Shown: positions 12,426 to 25,659 of the stretch, one piece after another
How positions within the stretch are numbered: position 1 is the first letter of the stretch
Layout: each line of letters begins with the position of its first letter
Origin: Octopus sinensis
Lineage: Eukaryota
Length of the DNA stretch: 64,000 nucleotides
Assembly: GCF_006345805.1 (NCBI RefSeq)
Contig: NW_021833257.1
Location: 14,495-78,494, forward strand
Reading direction: 5' to 3'
The notes under the pieces: generated by a model
The model's input: the letters and a program-made list of their open reading frames with translations, nothing else
What the model was told of the DNA's origin: nothing
Databases searched by the model: none
Translations under genes and position numbers: made by a program

Positions 12426-15186
12426 TCAGGAATAAATAAGCGGAATGTCATTAAAGGACATTACTGGAGCAGTTTTGAGTAAATCATGTGCATGTAGATA
12501 ACAACTCGAAGCCTTCTCATAATCACCGTCGATTCGAGGACCTTTCCAAGTAATCCCCTATTAAGTACTGCTAAAATAATGAAAACCAGGATCTATGCTC
12601 AAAAGGATCCACCTTAATGGCCTCCCTGAGATAGTTTTCTGATTCTGAAAAAAGTTCAATTTCATAATATGCCAAACCCTACAATTAAAAATATATATAA
12701 CCAGTTCATTAAGAATGTCAAAATTCCTTGGATCAACTGCGCTCACGTTAGAACCACTCGAGAGCCAAATCGTTCATTTTGTAGCACGCAAAAATTTAGC
12801 TTTCTTTTTAAATATTTTTATCGCTAATTTACCATAATTTGTAGATTTAAAGAGTTTGGAGATATATTTTGTGCTTCAATTAAACATAGCTTCACATCCT
12901 CGAGCTTATCCAGTCCAAGAAAAATTCAGCTTCAATTTTAAAAAACAATTTACCAGTTCGTAACCAAATTTTGAATTCGTCAGGATCAGACTTACAACCA
13001 TTCTCTGTTATTGCAATAACAATTCGCCACATTTAAAAAATCGTCCAAATTTAAATCGAGGTTTGTTTCTTTGCATGTGGTTCCATTTTCTTGTTCTGTA
13101 ACAAATTCCGACTTTCCCGGACTATTTTTCTCAAATTCAGAAAGTTACATTTTGGTCAACATTTTACCACACGTTTGCAAAGCCGAACTAAAATCACCCA
13201 ACTCGGACTCGATGCAACTCTTGATCAGGAAAAAGCTTAAATAAACGTCAAATTGAGTTCTACTTTGATGAGGACGGATATTGCATTAAAGAACTCTCAA
13301 CACATTTGATGGCTGCTCCATAGTCTTTAGAAGCAGTAAAAAGCAACACCAGAAGAGTCAAAGTAGTCTCTTTATGCCAATTAAGTCTGATAGCTAATTG
13401 GCAATAATGAAGAGCTCTATCAATCCTCCTTTCTAGGGCGTAGTAAAGTGACAGGTGAAATGCAGGCAGATAGTCACGTGGGTCAGCTTCATGAGACCTA
13501 GACAAAATCAGAATATCGGATTTGTACCTGTTCAAAAAATCTAACGCAGCGGATAGGTGAGTAGAAGATTGAGAAAAATTTCTTGTCTTCTGGCAATCAG
13601 AACGTGATAGAGACCACAATAAAGTAAGGCACGAGAATGAAAAGGAGAAGAACCGTCACAAAGATCTAATAGTTGTTTAGTATAATCCTCAAGTGTTTGG
13701 TCAATCGGCTATATTTATGTATTGAAATTATTTACCAATGGACAATGTGGGTCAAAATGTATACAAATAATGTGTATAAGAGTATCGATGTCTCCGGGGA
13801 CAAGAGAATACAAACTTTAAAAAATGATAACATTGTTTGTACTAATCAATACAAATAAATTTTTACTTTTTTTCTTGGGCCAGTGTAAATGCAAATTGCC
13901 GTAAGGAATAAAAATCCCCGAGACAGTATTTAAGAATGTCCCACAATGCCTGAAATAAACTGAGAACAAAAAACTGAATTGAGTCTACTACAGGGAGACG
14001 ATAACTGCCCGAACAGTAGACAATAATAATTCACCAATTTGACAGTTTTGGGGGATATTTCAATCTGGGAATCGGAAAGCTGTAGATTTAGACAAAAATA
14101 TGTTCACCAGTAATGGTTTCCACTAATTTTTGATAGACGCTTATCAAATAGCAAAGTTCCTCTTCCCGATTTAAATAAGGAGACTAAAAACCTGTAATAA
14201 AACACAAATACGTGGATTGGGATAGATTTGTGTCCCCCAACTCAGAAATAGACTCGGAAACTGATTCGTAGTTATCAAATGTGGTCTCATGAAATAAAAA
14301 ATCAATGTATCGTTCAATTATACTCTGTTATGTTAATTCATCCAACTTTACCTTGTAAAAATTAGTCAATTTCTCAATGTTGTCAACAACTAGCAAATCT
14401 CTGAAAGCTCTTATGGCTTGTTTGCCTCTGCTGAATAACAGTTTTTTATTTAAAGACAAATACAGGCTGTGAATTTGATTTTTTAGGTGAGTTTCCATTG
14501 CTTCTATTAGATGGTACCCGAGATATGTGCTTAGTTCTTCAGATCTAGACTTACCGAGTTATGAGAACTCTGGAATAAGCAAATGAAGTTTGTTTTAGGA
14601 GAGCTTTAGCAATATCCGACGACATTTTGAAATATTTTTTTACAGATGTGCCCATTTTGTCACATTTAAGTCCTAATTTCTCCAAAGATTTTGCTATAAA
14701 ATTATTCTGATTTATTTTTACCGCAAAAACATAACTTTCTCCAAGAATGACCATCGAACGGTTACAATTTTGTAATTTTTCTGTCTCGATTTTTTGAAGA
14801 GCAAATGATTGGAGCAATTCTTGATAATTTCCAAAGCAAATAAACATTTTAATGAAAGCATGTTCATATCTGTTTCATATTTTGAGCAATAAGAATGCCT
14901 GTGAGTTATTATAAAGAGGCATTGTACCACACGGTGGCATTGATCACCTTGTAGACGACATGTAGTTCTGTTCTGTCAAGTTTAGCCTCACATATATCAA
15001 TCAATCCATTTTCAAGACGCTTTTCGAGGTTTATAATGTTGGAAACGTTTTCTGAAAATATTAATTTCAGTGATGGACCGATGTAGGAAGATTTGTTGCA
15101 GAGGGTAAGACACTCGTCCCATTTTCGTAAAAAAACGTAATTGGTCGACACGCAGTAAAAAGAGCTTCACTTTTACTAATGGACAT
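12426..15186 (-). CDS. TTC7: Tetratricopeptide repeat protein 7 (TTC7/YPP1), copy A, multi-exon
   Basis: FHLSLYYALERRIDRAL...LTLLVLLFTASKDY matches the TTC7 mid region. The C-terminus LGKVLESDGDYEKASSCYLHAHDLLKTAPVMSFNDIP matches the TTC7 terminal TPR. Start inferred as MSISKSEALL. Confidence 0.82.
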
Positions 15187-15391
15187 TAACACCACAAGGA
15201 ATATTATATGTATTAAAGTAATAAGATTTATATAAAGTTTTAAAAATATCACTATTAGTTTATTTTTTTATTTTTCAAAATATATTCTGACAGTTGAAAT
15301 CATAAGACTTTTTAAATTACGTAATTATTAAACTCCTTTAAAATTAAATTTAACTTAAAATTATCCAAACTAAAAAAACTTTAGTTAAAAA

Positions 15392-16112
15392 ATGCATGTC
15401 TCCGCGCAGGCTGCTGCACAGGAGTGGGGCCTGGCTGGATGCTCTCCCTGTCCCTTCCACCGGTAACCTATTAGACAAAGATTGCCTACGAATTGGTTTA
15501 TCATTGCGTCTTGGATTGGAAATCTGCGAAATACACAAATGTCGTTGTGGTGCTGTCATTGACCGTTTTGGTCTACATCCCTTTCCTGTCGTCGCAGTGC
15601 AGGGCGCGCACCACGCCATGCAGCACTAACGACGTTATTCAGAGGGGGCTCACGCCGCTGGGATCCCATCAATCCTCGAACCCGTCGGGCTTGCGAGGAG
15701 AACGGAAAAAGACCCGACGGCCTATCGACTTTCCCGTTTGAGTTCGGCAAGTCTCTGTTATGGGATGCGACGTGTTCAGACACTTTCTCGGAGCTCAACT
15801 TCCTTCTTCAGCTGTCGAGCCTGGCTCAGTCTCTCGCAAAACCGAGAAGATGAAGATTGGAAAGTACAAGGAGCTCTCTGAACGGTATCTGTTCACTTCC
15901 CATTGCCGTCGAGACTTCCGGCGTCATCGGCGAAAAGTCTCTTTCCTTTCTAAAAAGCTTGGCCGCATGATCTCCCATAAACGGGGAGACCCACGCGAGT
16001 CCAAGTGGCTTTTCGAAAGGATTTCCTTGGCCATAGTACGTGGAAACTGTGTTTCCATTTACGATGCCGGGAATTTAGTTAGTTAATAACTATTGTTCTT
16101 ACTTAAAAATGA
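15392..16112 (+). mobile_element. 5'-truncated CRE-like RLE retroelement insertion with a 10-bp TSD
   Basis: WLDALPV, CRCGAVIDRFGLHP zinc finger, LEPVGL..KRPDG and GKSLLWDATC motifs. TSD TAGTTAAAAA at 15382-15391 and 16113-16122. Empty site in copy B near 38391-38400. Confidence 0.88.
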
Positions 16113-16173
16113 TAGTTAAAAATTATATAAAACAATAAATCAATAGAGGATGAGGTGGGTCACTTAAACCTTT

Positions 16174-16840
16174 TCAAATATTCGCGAGATAGCGCGAATA
16201 AATATAGTAGTCACATTGATCGTCAATTGGACAGTTCCAATCCATACTAACCCATGTTTTTTGAAAAAATTTAAGAGCCTGCATTGTCACGAAATATAGT
16301 GCATGTTATTTTGTCCATGTCAACTCTAATACTAGTCAAATATCAATTTTACAACTTAATAGCGATTCCGAGTAAAATATTGAGCATAAACGATCCAACT
16401 CCGCAACCACGAGACTTTTTCTCAACTTGAATGTCGTAGCAATAAGCAATTGCTTCTCTTTCTTCAGTTATTAAACGAAAATGAAGAAATCCTAGTATCG
16501 GAGAATTAATGTTTTCTTCTTTTTCTCGCACGACTATATTAATGTTTTTTTATTTTTTAATTCTGAAAGTTTTTCTTTGTCGTTCCATCCAAATGAGCTG
16601 TTTATAAACATATTGTATATATTGTCTTTTAACAACACAAATAATTCAGTAATAGAATGGGCATCGAGTGCATTTCCCCAAGTTATGTTGACCTGCCAAT
16701 TTTCACTAAAATAAACATCAATTTTAGCATTTTATACTCACGTTGATTGGGGTTCAAAACCTCTTTTGATAAATAAGCTTTTTGCATAATTCTCGGCATC
16801 TTTTGGTACTTTTTCTGTTTGAAGGTTCTTGGCCAAACAT
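16174..16840 (-). CDS. NAA40: N-alpha-acetyltransferase 40 (NatD), copy A
   Basis: FGWNDKEKLSEL, FLHFR, YCYDIQVEKKSRGCGVGSFMLNIL and a C-terminal DYYIYSR match the NAA40 GNAT pattern. Start codon inferred. Confidence 0.85.
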
Positions 16841-18015
16841 CACAACGAAGGAATATTATTTTTATTTATTTTTTAACATCAAAACCACGTTAAAAACAGA
16901 ACAAATTAATCACGTAATTCCGATGCACTTCACAAACAACTTCATCTTCGTTTGGTAATCTTCCCACGAGCCCACACCAGTTCGCAGCGGACGGCTATTG
17001 AGCTCGTTTTTTTAAACTGACTTCTTTCGATATCCCGAACAACCAGTACAATCGGTAACGCGAGTGGACCTTCTTTTGGGATTGATTTCTACTTTGAAAG
17101 AGATCAATTATGTTAGAAGAAGCAAATGAGCTTGTTGAATAAAGTCGGTTTGAATAAAGAACGAGCTAATTTGGTTCTTCTAAATGAATAATATCTTTCA
17201 AACTGGAGATAAGAATTTAACAAAACGAATTTGATATTCTAATATATTTAACTTATTGAACTTGATCACCACTCCAAAAAGTTTCACATTTTTAGTACTT
17301 TTATGATTTTAAACTGGTGATATTATGAGGATAAAAAATCTTGTAAATTCTGACTTTTTCTTTATTTTAATTGAGAATTCATTCATTATGTCGCGAGCGC
17401 AGCGCGCGACCGAGCGCTAGACGCAACTTTGACACCTAACAAGCCTATCATCAACAAATATATTATTAAATTATTTAAAATTTTAACATGATTTAAAATT
17501 AAAATTGAAATAACTTAAGTTTCCTGCTGGCTGTCATGCGTGGCAACAGCTGTTCCCTCCGTCTCGCTGGGAGAATTTATTAGTTTGTTGACTTTACTTA
17601 GTATTATTAGGATGATACACTTAGTTTCCATTGAATCCCATAAAATAATTTATAAGTAGACCTTAATAGAAAAAGTAAAATCAATGAATACTGAACGCTA
17701 ATTTGGTTTAGGTTGTGAGGGGGGTAATAATTTGACAGATCTCATTGCTATTTTTTCGTTTTAATCTCTAAAATTAGGTCTTCTAATCAAAAATGAACTG
17801 TGCAGACAGACTTGCTCCTTCAGAAGATTCTTGTTTTGACATTTTTATAAATTATGAAGCATTTAGATTTTTTCTCATTATTCTAAAATATCAATTATAA
17901 TTTTAAAATATTATTTTTATTTATGAAATCGGTTTTAAAGCTCATTCTGCTTTGGCATCGATTTTAATTTTTGTTATCGAATATATTTAATCCCAAATAC
18001 AAGCATGGGTATTTG

Positions 18016-21000
18016 GACCGAGGATTGAATATCGGATTGAATATCGAATTGAATATCGAATTGAATATCGGATTGAATATCATGGTCAAGGAAAAGAAAG
18101 AAAAAATGGTCAAGAATAATCAAAATCTCTCATCAATCAAAGCTTGCGCCAAAGCTCAAAGACGAACAGCGGCAAAGCCACAGCCCTTTTGTGAACCAAT
18201 CAAAGCTGAGGATCCCACAGAACTGCCGAAGCCTACTGGGCCCCAAAAACAGAGTGAGACCCAATCCCATGAGACCCTCACATATTCCTTGAGTATTGAA
18301 AACCCGACGCTTGGAAAGATCAAGAGGTTTAACCTCCTATCCAAGTCGCTAACTGCCTCCAAAGCTCGGATAACTTTGCAGAAGTCCGGCACCTTCATTC
18401 TAAAATTCAGATCGCCCGAGGATGCTGCTGCGTTCAAAGCAGAGCTGACTCAATCGAATATGTTTGGCGAAGGCGGCCATAAACTTGCCTCAATAGCTGA
18501 GAAGGCCTCAGTCTTGATCCTAAAGGAATCCCTCATTGGATCTCGACAGAGGATCTTAACCTCCACTTGAGAGAAAGTCTAGAATCGGACTTCAAGTTCG
18601 AAAGATTCTCTCGCAATGGAACAGACATGCCTGTCGGCAGACTCACCCTGGATTCCAGAGCAGAGGCCAACACCCTCATCCGCTTTGGAATAACTGCGGG
18701 CTTCAGCCATATCCGATGTGAATGGCACAAGCCCCCGGCAGTCAGATGCTTTCGGTGTCACCAATTTGGACACACGTCCCATAAGTGCACCGAAAAAGTT
18801 CGTTGCTTGGTCTGTGGTGGCGAACACCGACACAATAGGTGTCCGAACTCAGACCCCAGACCAAATGACCCTGCTGTCAAGACCTGCATAAACTGCAACA
18901 GTCCTGGACACTGGGCATGTTACGGTGGATGCCCATTCGCTAAAGCCGCGTCTGCAGCCTTACGGGCTGTGAGAAATCCGCCGGCCAGCAACCCAGCTCG
19001 CTGGGTGAAAGCCGAACGCACAGAGTCGATCTGGACAAAGAGGCCAGTTGTGAATCCGATCAAGACTGATGTCTGCATTCAGACATCGGCGGACTCCGAC
19101 TTTGATTTTAAACTCGACCCGAAGCCGACGGCTGACACTTGTTCCAGTACCAGAGCTGGCCGCACGGCTGCTGCTCGCAAGAAGAACAAAACACCCCTCA
19201 GACAATATCTCATCGCAAAGAGGTGCCCTCTCGGACGAAGACCTGCACAACAGAGACTCCCTTATGGAATTCTTTCATCGTTGTGTGGGAGCTCTAACCA
19301 AACTTGGTGTGGAACCTGAGGTGCTGCAACGGCTCCTATTAGAGGGGAGCACGCCAGCAACATAGCCCCAGTCAAAATCATCGCTGTGAATGCCCGATCT
19401 ATCAAGAGACGGCACCAGGACTTCGTTGAGATGGTAAACAGCGGCCATCCAGACATTATTGTCGTCAACGAGTCTAAGCTCAAAGAAAACCACTCGTACG
19501 AACTTCCGGGCTACCGGTCAGTGGACCTAAAATGGGGAAGCTGCTCTACGCCAGGGACTGGCTCGAGCATCTTCTACGCCGAAAACCTCCAAATCCGTAA
19601 CCTCACCATCATCGAGAGCACGGTGTGCGAATTCCTCTCTCTTGAGGTGAAAACTGATTCCTTCTGGATAAAGGTCGGTGGAATATATTGCAAATATCTC
19701 CCCCCCTGCATCAGATTGATTGACGATTCTTCTCAAGCACAGCTCATTGCCTTCTTATCGGAGACTTAAACTCGAAGCACACGGCGTTTGGATGTCGGTT
19801 AACCAACCAAGATGGTCGAACACTGAAGAAGGTCACTGACAAGCTTGGTGTTTTCGTCAGGACATCCGAAGACCCGAACCACCACTCGCCCTTTGGCGGG
19901 GACAACCTGTGCCTGTGCATCTGTTCTCACTTTGTCGCTAACCTTATGAAAAAGCCTACAGTCCTTGACAATATCGGAAGTGACCCCCTACCAATGGAGA
20001 TCAAAATTCACACTAGCATTGTTAGACAAGAACACATTCCTCTCACTACAATCTCTCAAAGATCAACTGGCCACACTACAGGAGCTCCATAAGTGCATTC
20101 CTGCACGACAACGGTCGCCCTGTTGGGTATAACTCAGCCCTCGACATCGACTCCGCAAGCGATAAGCTAAGCAAATTCATGCTTCAGTATCTAACGTCGT
20201 ACGGAGAATTGTCAAGTGCAGACCGCGCACGGAGGACCACTCTGAGCGTGAAAGTGAAGATCATCCTCAACGAAAGGAAGCGGCTGAGAAATAAACTCAA
20301 ACGCTGTGTGGACCCAGCTGACAGGGGAAGACTTAGGAACATGATCTCGGAAATTGGTTATAAGGTCCACGTCGCGACAAAGCTGGAAGCAGCCAGGAAA
20401 TGGCAGAAGGCTTGTCAAAACCTGGACTACAGAAACCCAAATTTCTGGGACTGTTTCCACAAAGTGGCTAACCTCGAAGGAAAATCCTCACCCCCGAGGT
20501 TGTGCAACCAGTCTGGTATGCCCGCCTCGCCACAAGAGATGCCAAACATATTTGCAGAACACCTGGCCACTATCCAGGAGGCCAATCCGGAAACGTCGCA
20601 AAACCGGGAGTCGGAGCCACTGCCGCGCCCACTGTCGCCGGACCATCACCGATCACCATTGCAGAGGTGACCTGGGCCATCCGTTCGTCAAAAGGCAACG
20701 CACCGGGCCATGACAAAATACCGATGCGATTGTTTAAGGAAGCACCCGAAGACCTACATGTGTTCCTCGCGGATCTGTTTACGGCAAGTCTCAAATGGGG
20801 CCATGTGCCGGAAAAATGGAAAATCTCAGAGGTCCGGATGATCAAAAAGCCTGCGAAACCGGTGAATCTCGCTAGCAGCTACCGTCCCATAAGCCTAATC
20901 CCAACTATCTCAAGGCTGATGGAGAAAATTATGGCCAAGCGCCTCGACTTCCACGCCGAAGAGAAGAAAGTGCTGCTCCCGCAGCAATGGGGTTTTCGCT

Positions 21001-22100
21001 CTGGACGTAGCTGCGGTGACTGTTTCATTACGGTACAGTCCACCATCTCGAGAGCAACGGAGTTTAAAGAAACTTTATCTCTTGTATGTCTGGACATCTC
21101 AAAGGCTTTTGACAGCGTCTGGCACAGAGACCTCCTGGAAAGGATCGAACTCTGTGAGCCAACAGCGGAAGTCTTCCTCTGGATGCGCTTTCCTCTCAAA
21201 TCGCTACTCTTTTATCTCTGAGTCGGGCTTCTTCTCAAGATATATTTCGCTCCGAAGGGGGGTTCCGCAGGGGTCCTGTCTCAGCCCAATCTTTTTCAAT
21301 TTGGTAATGAGCAGTTTCCCCACACCCTCCGATCCAGGACATCCCTACTCCTCTACGCGGACGATGTTCTCGTTCTGGACACCTCGATGGACCACAATGC
21401 CTCGGAGAAACGACTTGCCGGCTACATTGAGGAGATAAAGAATTGGTGCATTGGTAAGCGACTCTCGCTGGCCATGGACAAATCTGCATATCTCCAAATT
21501 AACCCAAGAAAGTCGCAAGATCGCAAACCCGGCTCTTTGGTGGAAATTGCTCGCCCTGAGAGCATACGTTACCTGGGGCTCACAATCGACGCAAACTCGA
21601 GATACCATTTGCATTTCAAACGGAGAAAAGGGAAAGCCATCGCCGCTCTCCGACTCCTAAGAAGCATGCACTTGAATCCAAATACCTTCCTATTTGTATA
21701 CCATGCAACAATCTTGCCCAGCCTACTGTATGGTATGGAAGCTTGGTTCTACTCGAAACAATATGAGAAAATTCTGCGAAAATGCGAAAAAATACGGAGA
21801 TACGCTCTAAAACTAGCCTATATGCTAAATCCATGGGAGCCTGTCCCAAGCTGGGCGGAGAGCAAGTCTCCAGAGCTACGGCAGGCCATCGAGGCTTCTA
21901 TCCGAACTTTTCGGAAACGCTCTAAAGTAACTGACCTATTCATCGATCGTGGAGAATAGCAGGTGTCCCTGCTCATAGACAGACAAAGCGGACGAACCAT
22001 GGAAGAGCTCGAATGCCCAAAGCAATCGTCTCGTCAAAATTACTTTCCGCACTAATTTTCTGTCTCGCTCTTCTTTCTTACAATAAAATTCTTCGTTCTT
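18016..22100 (+). mobile_element. Near full-length APE-RT LINE (Jockey/I-group-like): ORF1 ~18082-19365 with 3 CCHC knuckles, ORF2 ~19362-21959
   Basis: 12-bp TSD CATGGGTATTTG (18004-18015 and 22101-22112). Knuckles CFRCHQFGHTSHKC, CLVCGGEHRHNRC and CINCNSPGH. APE motifs VNARS, NESKL, GDLN. RT motifs LDISKAFDSVWH, GVPQGS, YADD. AATAAA followed by a TTCG-like tail. Confidence 0.95.
18024..18081 (+). repeat. ~4.8 tandem copies of the 12-mer ATTGAATATCG(G/A) forming the LINE 5' UTR
   Basis: Read directly from the sequence; the array ends immediately before the ORF1 ATG at 18082. Confidence 0.95.
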
Positions 22101-22221
22101 CATGGGTATTTGTCAATTTATAGATTTTTTGATTGATCGGATCTAGAAATTGAGTGGTCGCTTGCTGCGCTCGGTCGCTCGCTGCGCTCGCGACAGAATA
22201 TATTTAATCCCAAATACAAGC

Positions 22222-23290
22222 CTATATTTTCTTTATCAAAATAATTCATGATTAACTTCGCTGTATGACACGGTGCATTATCCTGTTGAAAAACAAAGTC
22301 ATTAAGTCCCATTTTTGCAACTGATCTCGGTAGGCTGTTGACTAAAAGATTTAAATATTTTGCAGAATTCAATGTTCCGTCAACAAAAACTAATTCTCCG
22401 ACGCCGTTAAAAGAAAAACATCCCCATATCATGATTTTCCCTATTTTTTGTTTTCAAGCCAAATCAACCTGTTCCAAATTTCACTGTTGTTGAAATATTT
22501 TTGGAATTAAGTTGTTCACCGCTCTTCCTATATACTATTTTTCGAGTTTTGTTTGGATTGGCGTAAAAAATGCATTCATTTGAGAAAATTGTGGTTTTCC
22601 ATTTTTCATCAGAAATGGCAAGAAATCTTTTCGTTATTTCTAATCTTTTTTTAGTGTGTCTTATATTCAAAAATGGCTTATTTTTTGCGATACGTCCAAA
22701 TATACCATTTTCATTAAGATTTCTTATAACTGTTCTTGAGGAAATTGCTTTATTGGTTAGTTTCGTCATTTCACTTGAGATCTCTTTAGATGTTTTTGTT
22801 GGATTTTCTTCAGAATACTTTATCAATTCTTTCAAATCATTTTTATCAAGTATTTTTGGCCTTCCAGATCCTGGTTTCCGATGGATTGTGCCATTCTTTT
22901 TGTATCGTTGGATAAAATTAGATACTGTGGCCTCATGTACCCCAACTTTCAAAGAAATTGCCCGAAATGTCATTTTTGTTTCATATAAAGCAATAATTTT
23001 TCCTTTTGTAAAGTCATCCATATGCTTTTTCCTAAAATAGAGATATTAAATCATATAAAAAAAGATATTGTATAGATAATATTTTTGAATCATTTTTTTT
23101 GTCACTGACATATACTAACATATTGTGTGTCTGCTTTTAATTTTTCCAAATTAATGCAATTAACAAATATTTTATTAAATTAAATATAATAATTAAATAA
23201 TCTACTAAGTTTTTTGAAATTAGAATATTTATAAGATTTTCAAAGAAAAACTAAATATGAATTTTGAATCATTTTTTTTGGCGAGGAGTG
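22222..23290 (-). mobile_element. Tc1-like transposon truncated inside the DDE domain; transposase has a 28-nt intron
   Basis: Terminus TA|CACTCCTCGCC at 23290. ORFs 22464-23021 and 22118-22432 (RKPGSGRPK, KFGTGKIMIWGCF after splicing, QQDNAPCHTAK). Homology stops before the WPPQSPDLNPIE motif. Confidence 0.88.
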
Positions 23291-23292
23291 TA

Positions 23293-23732
23293 GATAAATC
23301 CTTCCATGTCTTTGGAGCCTTACGTACGATCGCTTAAGATATGCTAAAATTGATGCCACTCACAACATCACTTCTGAGTTTCAACCGAGACATCTTTTGG
23401 GTCATTCTGCGGTTCAAAAGGGGGACAACACGATTTGCAGAGATATATCTACTAAATTTTTCCTTAACCTGCAAGAGTAGAGATAACTTGCTAAGCTGGT
23501 TCTTGTGTTGATCAGAACACGGTGGGCCTTATATCGGCGTAACCGCAACTCCAGTCCTTCCTTGAGAAGGGTATTGGCCAGCTTCTTCAGTGCATTCAAC
23601 GACAAGTTCGAGCTAAAGCATCGATTGAAGCAGGGTAGGCTACCCATTCCTGGGCATCCTGAAAGCTCTTCCCAACATTTAGGAAGGTACGGATTTAACC
23701 GAGTCCTGCTGGGTCGTGGACTTAGTCCCTAA
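23293..23732 (+). mobile_element. Possible C-terminal fragment of an L1/Tx1-type retroelement (its 3' part is also at 3606-3695)
   Basis: GC-richer patch translating to LIRTRWALYRRN, loosely like the W..RN motif at L1/Tx1 ORF2 ends. Weak. Confidence 0.3.
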
Positions 23733-23940
23733 ATATATGCAGTAAGGTTCAATTTCATAAATTCCAACAAATATCAAATCTTAGTAAATCCAAAAAAAAC
23801 TTCTAATTATATTATAATAAAATATTCGTTTTATTATTGTTAATTTTTTGGAAAACCTAACATAATCGGATAACCACGTGCTATTCGTGATTTTTTTAAT
23901 GGTGTGCATTGTTTTTATTCGTGAAATATATTTTCATATA

Positions 23941-25363
23941 CACCCCTCGACATAAAATCCGAACACTTAATTTTTAGCAAATTTTTAATCATTTTTAATA
24001 AAGAATTTATTTGAGCTTCTTTATTTGTATTATTTTAACTATTTATATATTTAAATATATATTCAAACATATAATTTAAAGAAATAAAGCAAAAAACGGA
24101 AATTTCATGACAAAAAAAACCGAACAAAATTTAATTAGTAGCTTGAATGCCTTCCTTTTTGTTGTAAACTTCCAAACTACGATTTTTCATTGAGCTAACA
24201 AGTTTTCTGATGAATTCCATTGGGATTTTCCCAAATTTCCGATATTTTTGCTTTAAATCAATTTTTGTACTTGTTCTGCTTTCTGACGTATCACTTGAAA
24301 GAACGTTTTTAATGTGAGCCCAAATGTGTTCGATTGGGTTCATGTCAGGTGACTGAGGTGGCCAGTCGAGCAAATTAATATTTTGAGACGACATATATTC
24401 TTTAGTTGCCTTAGATGTGTGGCAAGGCGCATTATCTTGTTGGAATATATAGTCGCTCAATCCCATTTTATTCGCTGAATCTTCAAGATTATTTGCCAGA
24501 ATATTAATATATTCCCCAGAGTTCATTTTTCCATCAATAAAAACTAATTTCCCCATTCCGAAATACGAAAAACAGCCCCAAACAAGAACTTTCCCTCCAC
24601 CAAACTTAAAACTAGGTATTATCTTCGCATATCTCAATTTATTTCCTTTTTTTCTGTATTGATACATTCGTCTTGAATGGGAAAAAAGTTCAAAACTACA
24701 TTCGTCGGAGAAAATAACTTTCCTCCATCCGCAGTCGGAAATTGCAAGAAATTTTTAGATATTCCATATCTGAGAGCAATATTTTTTGAACTTAGAAATG
24801 GTCGTTTCTTTACAACTCATCCATACAACCTTTTGAGTTTAGAATTCTTGTTATTGTACGTGCTGAGACTTTTTTTGTGTAATTTTTTCCATTTCTGAGA
24901 CAAGGTAGCTGCAGTTCGAAAATTATCAGTTGATAATGATAAAAGAATCCTAATTTCATCTTGACTGAACTTGGGTGGCCTTCCAGATCCAGCCTTTCTG
25001 CACGTAATCTCGGTTTTAGATATTTTTAACAAAGTCCCAAACAGTTGTTCGGTATATTTACGATGTCCGAAATCATTTATAGGAGAAATTTTGATTATAT
25101 AAAGATATAATTTGTCCTTTTTTGAAATATTCATTTCTGTCTAATAAAAATTGTATCTGAGAGTGAACAAATACCGTTCGGAATTTTTGTCACTAGAAAA
25201 CACGTCGTTTCTGCTTTAATTTTGAAAATTATATCTTCGAATTATATTTTAAATATATAAATAATTAAAATAATACAAATAAAGAAGCTCAATAAATTCT
25301 TTTATTAAAATGATTAAACATTTGCTAAAAATTAAGTGTTTCGGATTTTAATGTCGAGGGGTG
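23941..25363 (-). mobile_element. Complete Tc1-like transposon with ~125-bp TIRs and a TA TSD
   Basis: CACCCCTCGACAT...ATGTCGAGGGGTG flanked by TA (23939-40 and 25364-65). Transposase motifs FGGGKVLVWGCF, QQDNAPCH, WPPQSPDMNPIE. Empty TA site at 3906-3907 in copy A. Confidence 0.95.
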
Positions 25364-25659
25364 TATTAAGGGTTAATTTGTATTAAAATTGATTAAATAT
25401 AGTGTGATTGATAGAATTTCTTATTATATTCGATATTCTATCATTGAATTGGTTTATTTTCACATTAATTTAGTCTTTTTTACATTTTAACCATTCAATA
25501 TTTCTTGGATTTTTTACACATTTTTATTTCTTGCCTATTTTTATATTTATTACAATTTTACTGTATGAAAATTCAATAATTTCTATATTCTTGAAATATT
25601 TTTATTTTTTTGTTTTTTCTCAATATTTTTTTTTTGAATGAGAATTTTGAAATGTTTTA

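Larger units (their letters stand above)
3606..17388. repeat. Copy A of a direct segmental duplication (or alternative haplotype) carrying NAF1, PRDX6, TTC7 and NAA40
   Basis: Colinear near-identity with ~23645-39670, e.g. cctgggcatcctgaaagctc at 3610 and 23648, and gagaattcattcatta at the ends of both copies. Confidence 0.95.
17389..22195. mobile_element. Non-autonomous TGT..ACA element with 29-bp GC-rich TIRs (~720 bp without the nested LINE)
   Basis: TGTCGCGAGCGCAGCGCGCGACCGAGCGC at 17389-17417 matches the reverse complement of 22167-22195 with 1 mismatch. No TSD. Confidence 0.75.

Noticed and set aside
1112-18081. CRISPR-like arrays (MULE TIR subrepeats; 12-mer array at 18024)
   Set aside because: There are no unique spacers of regular length and no cas genes, and the context is eukaryotic.
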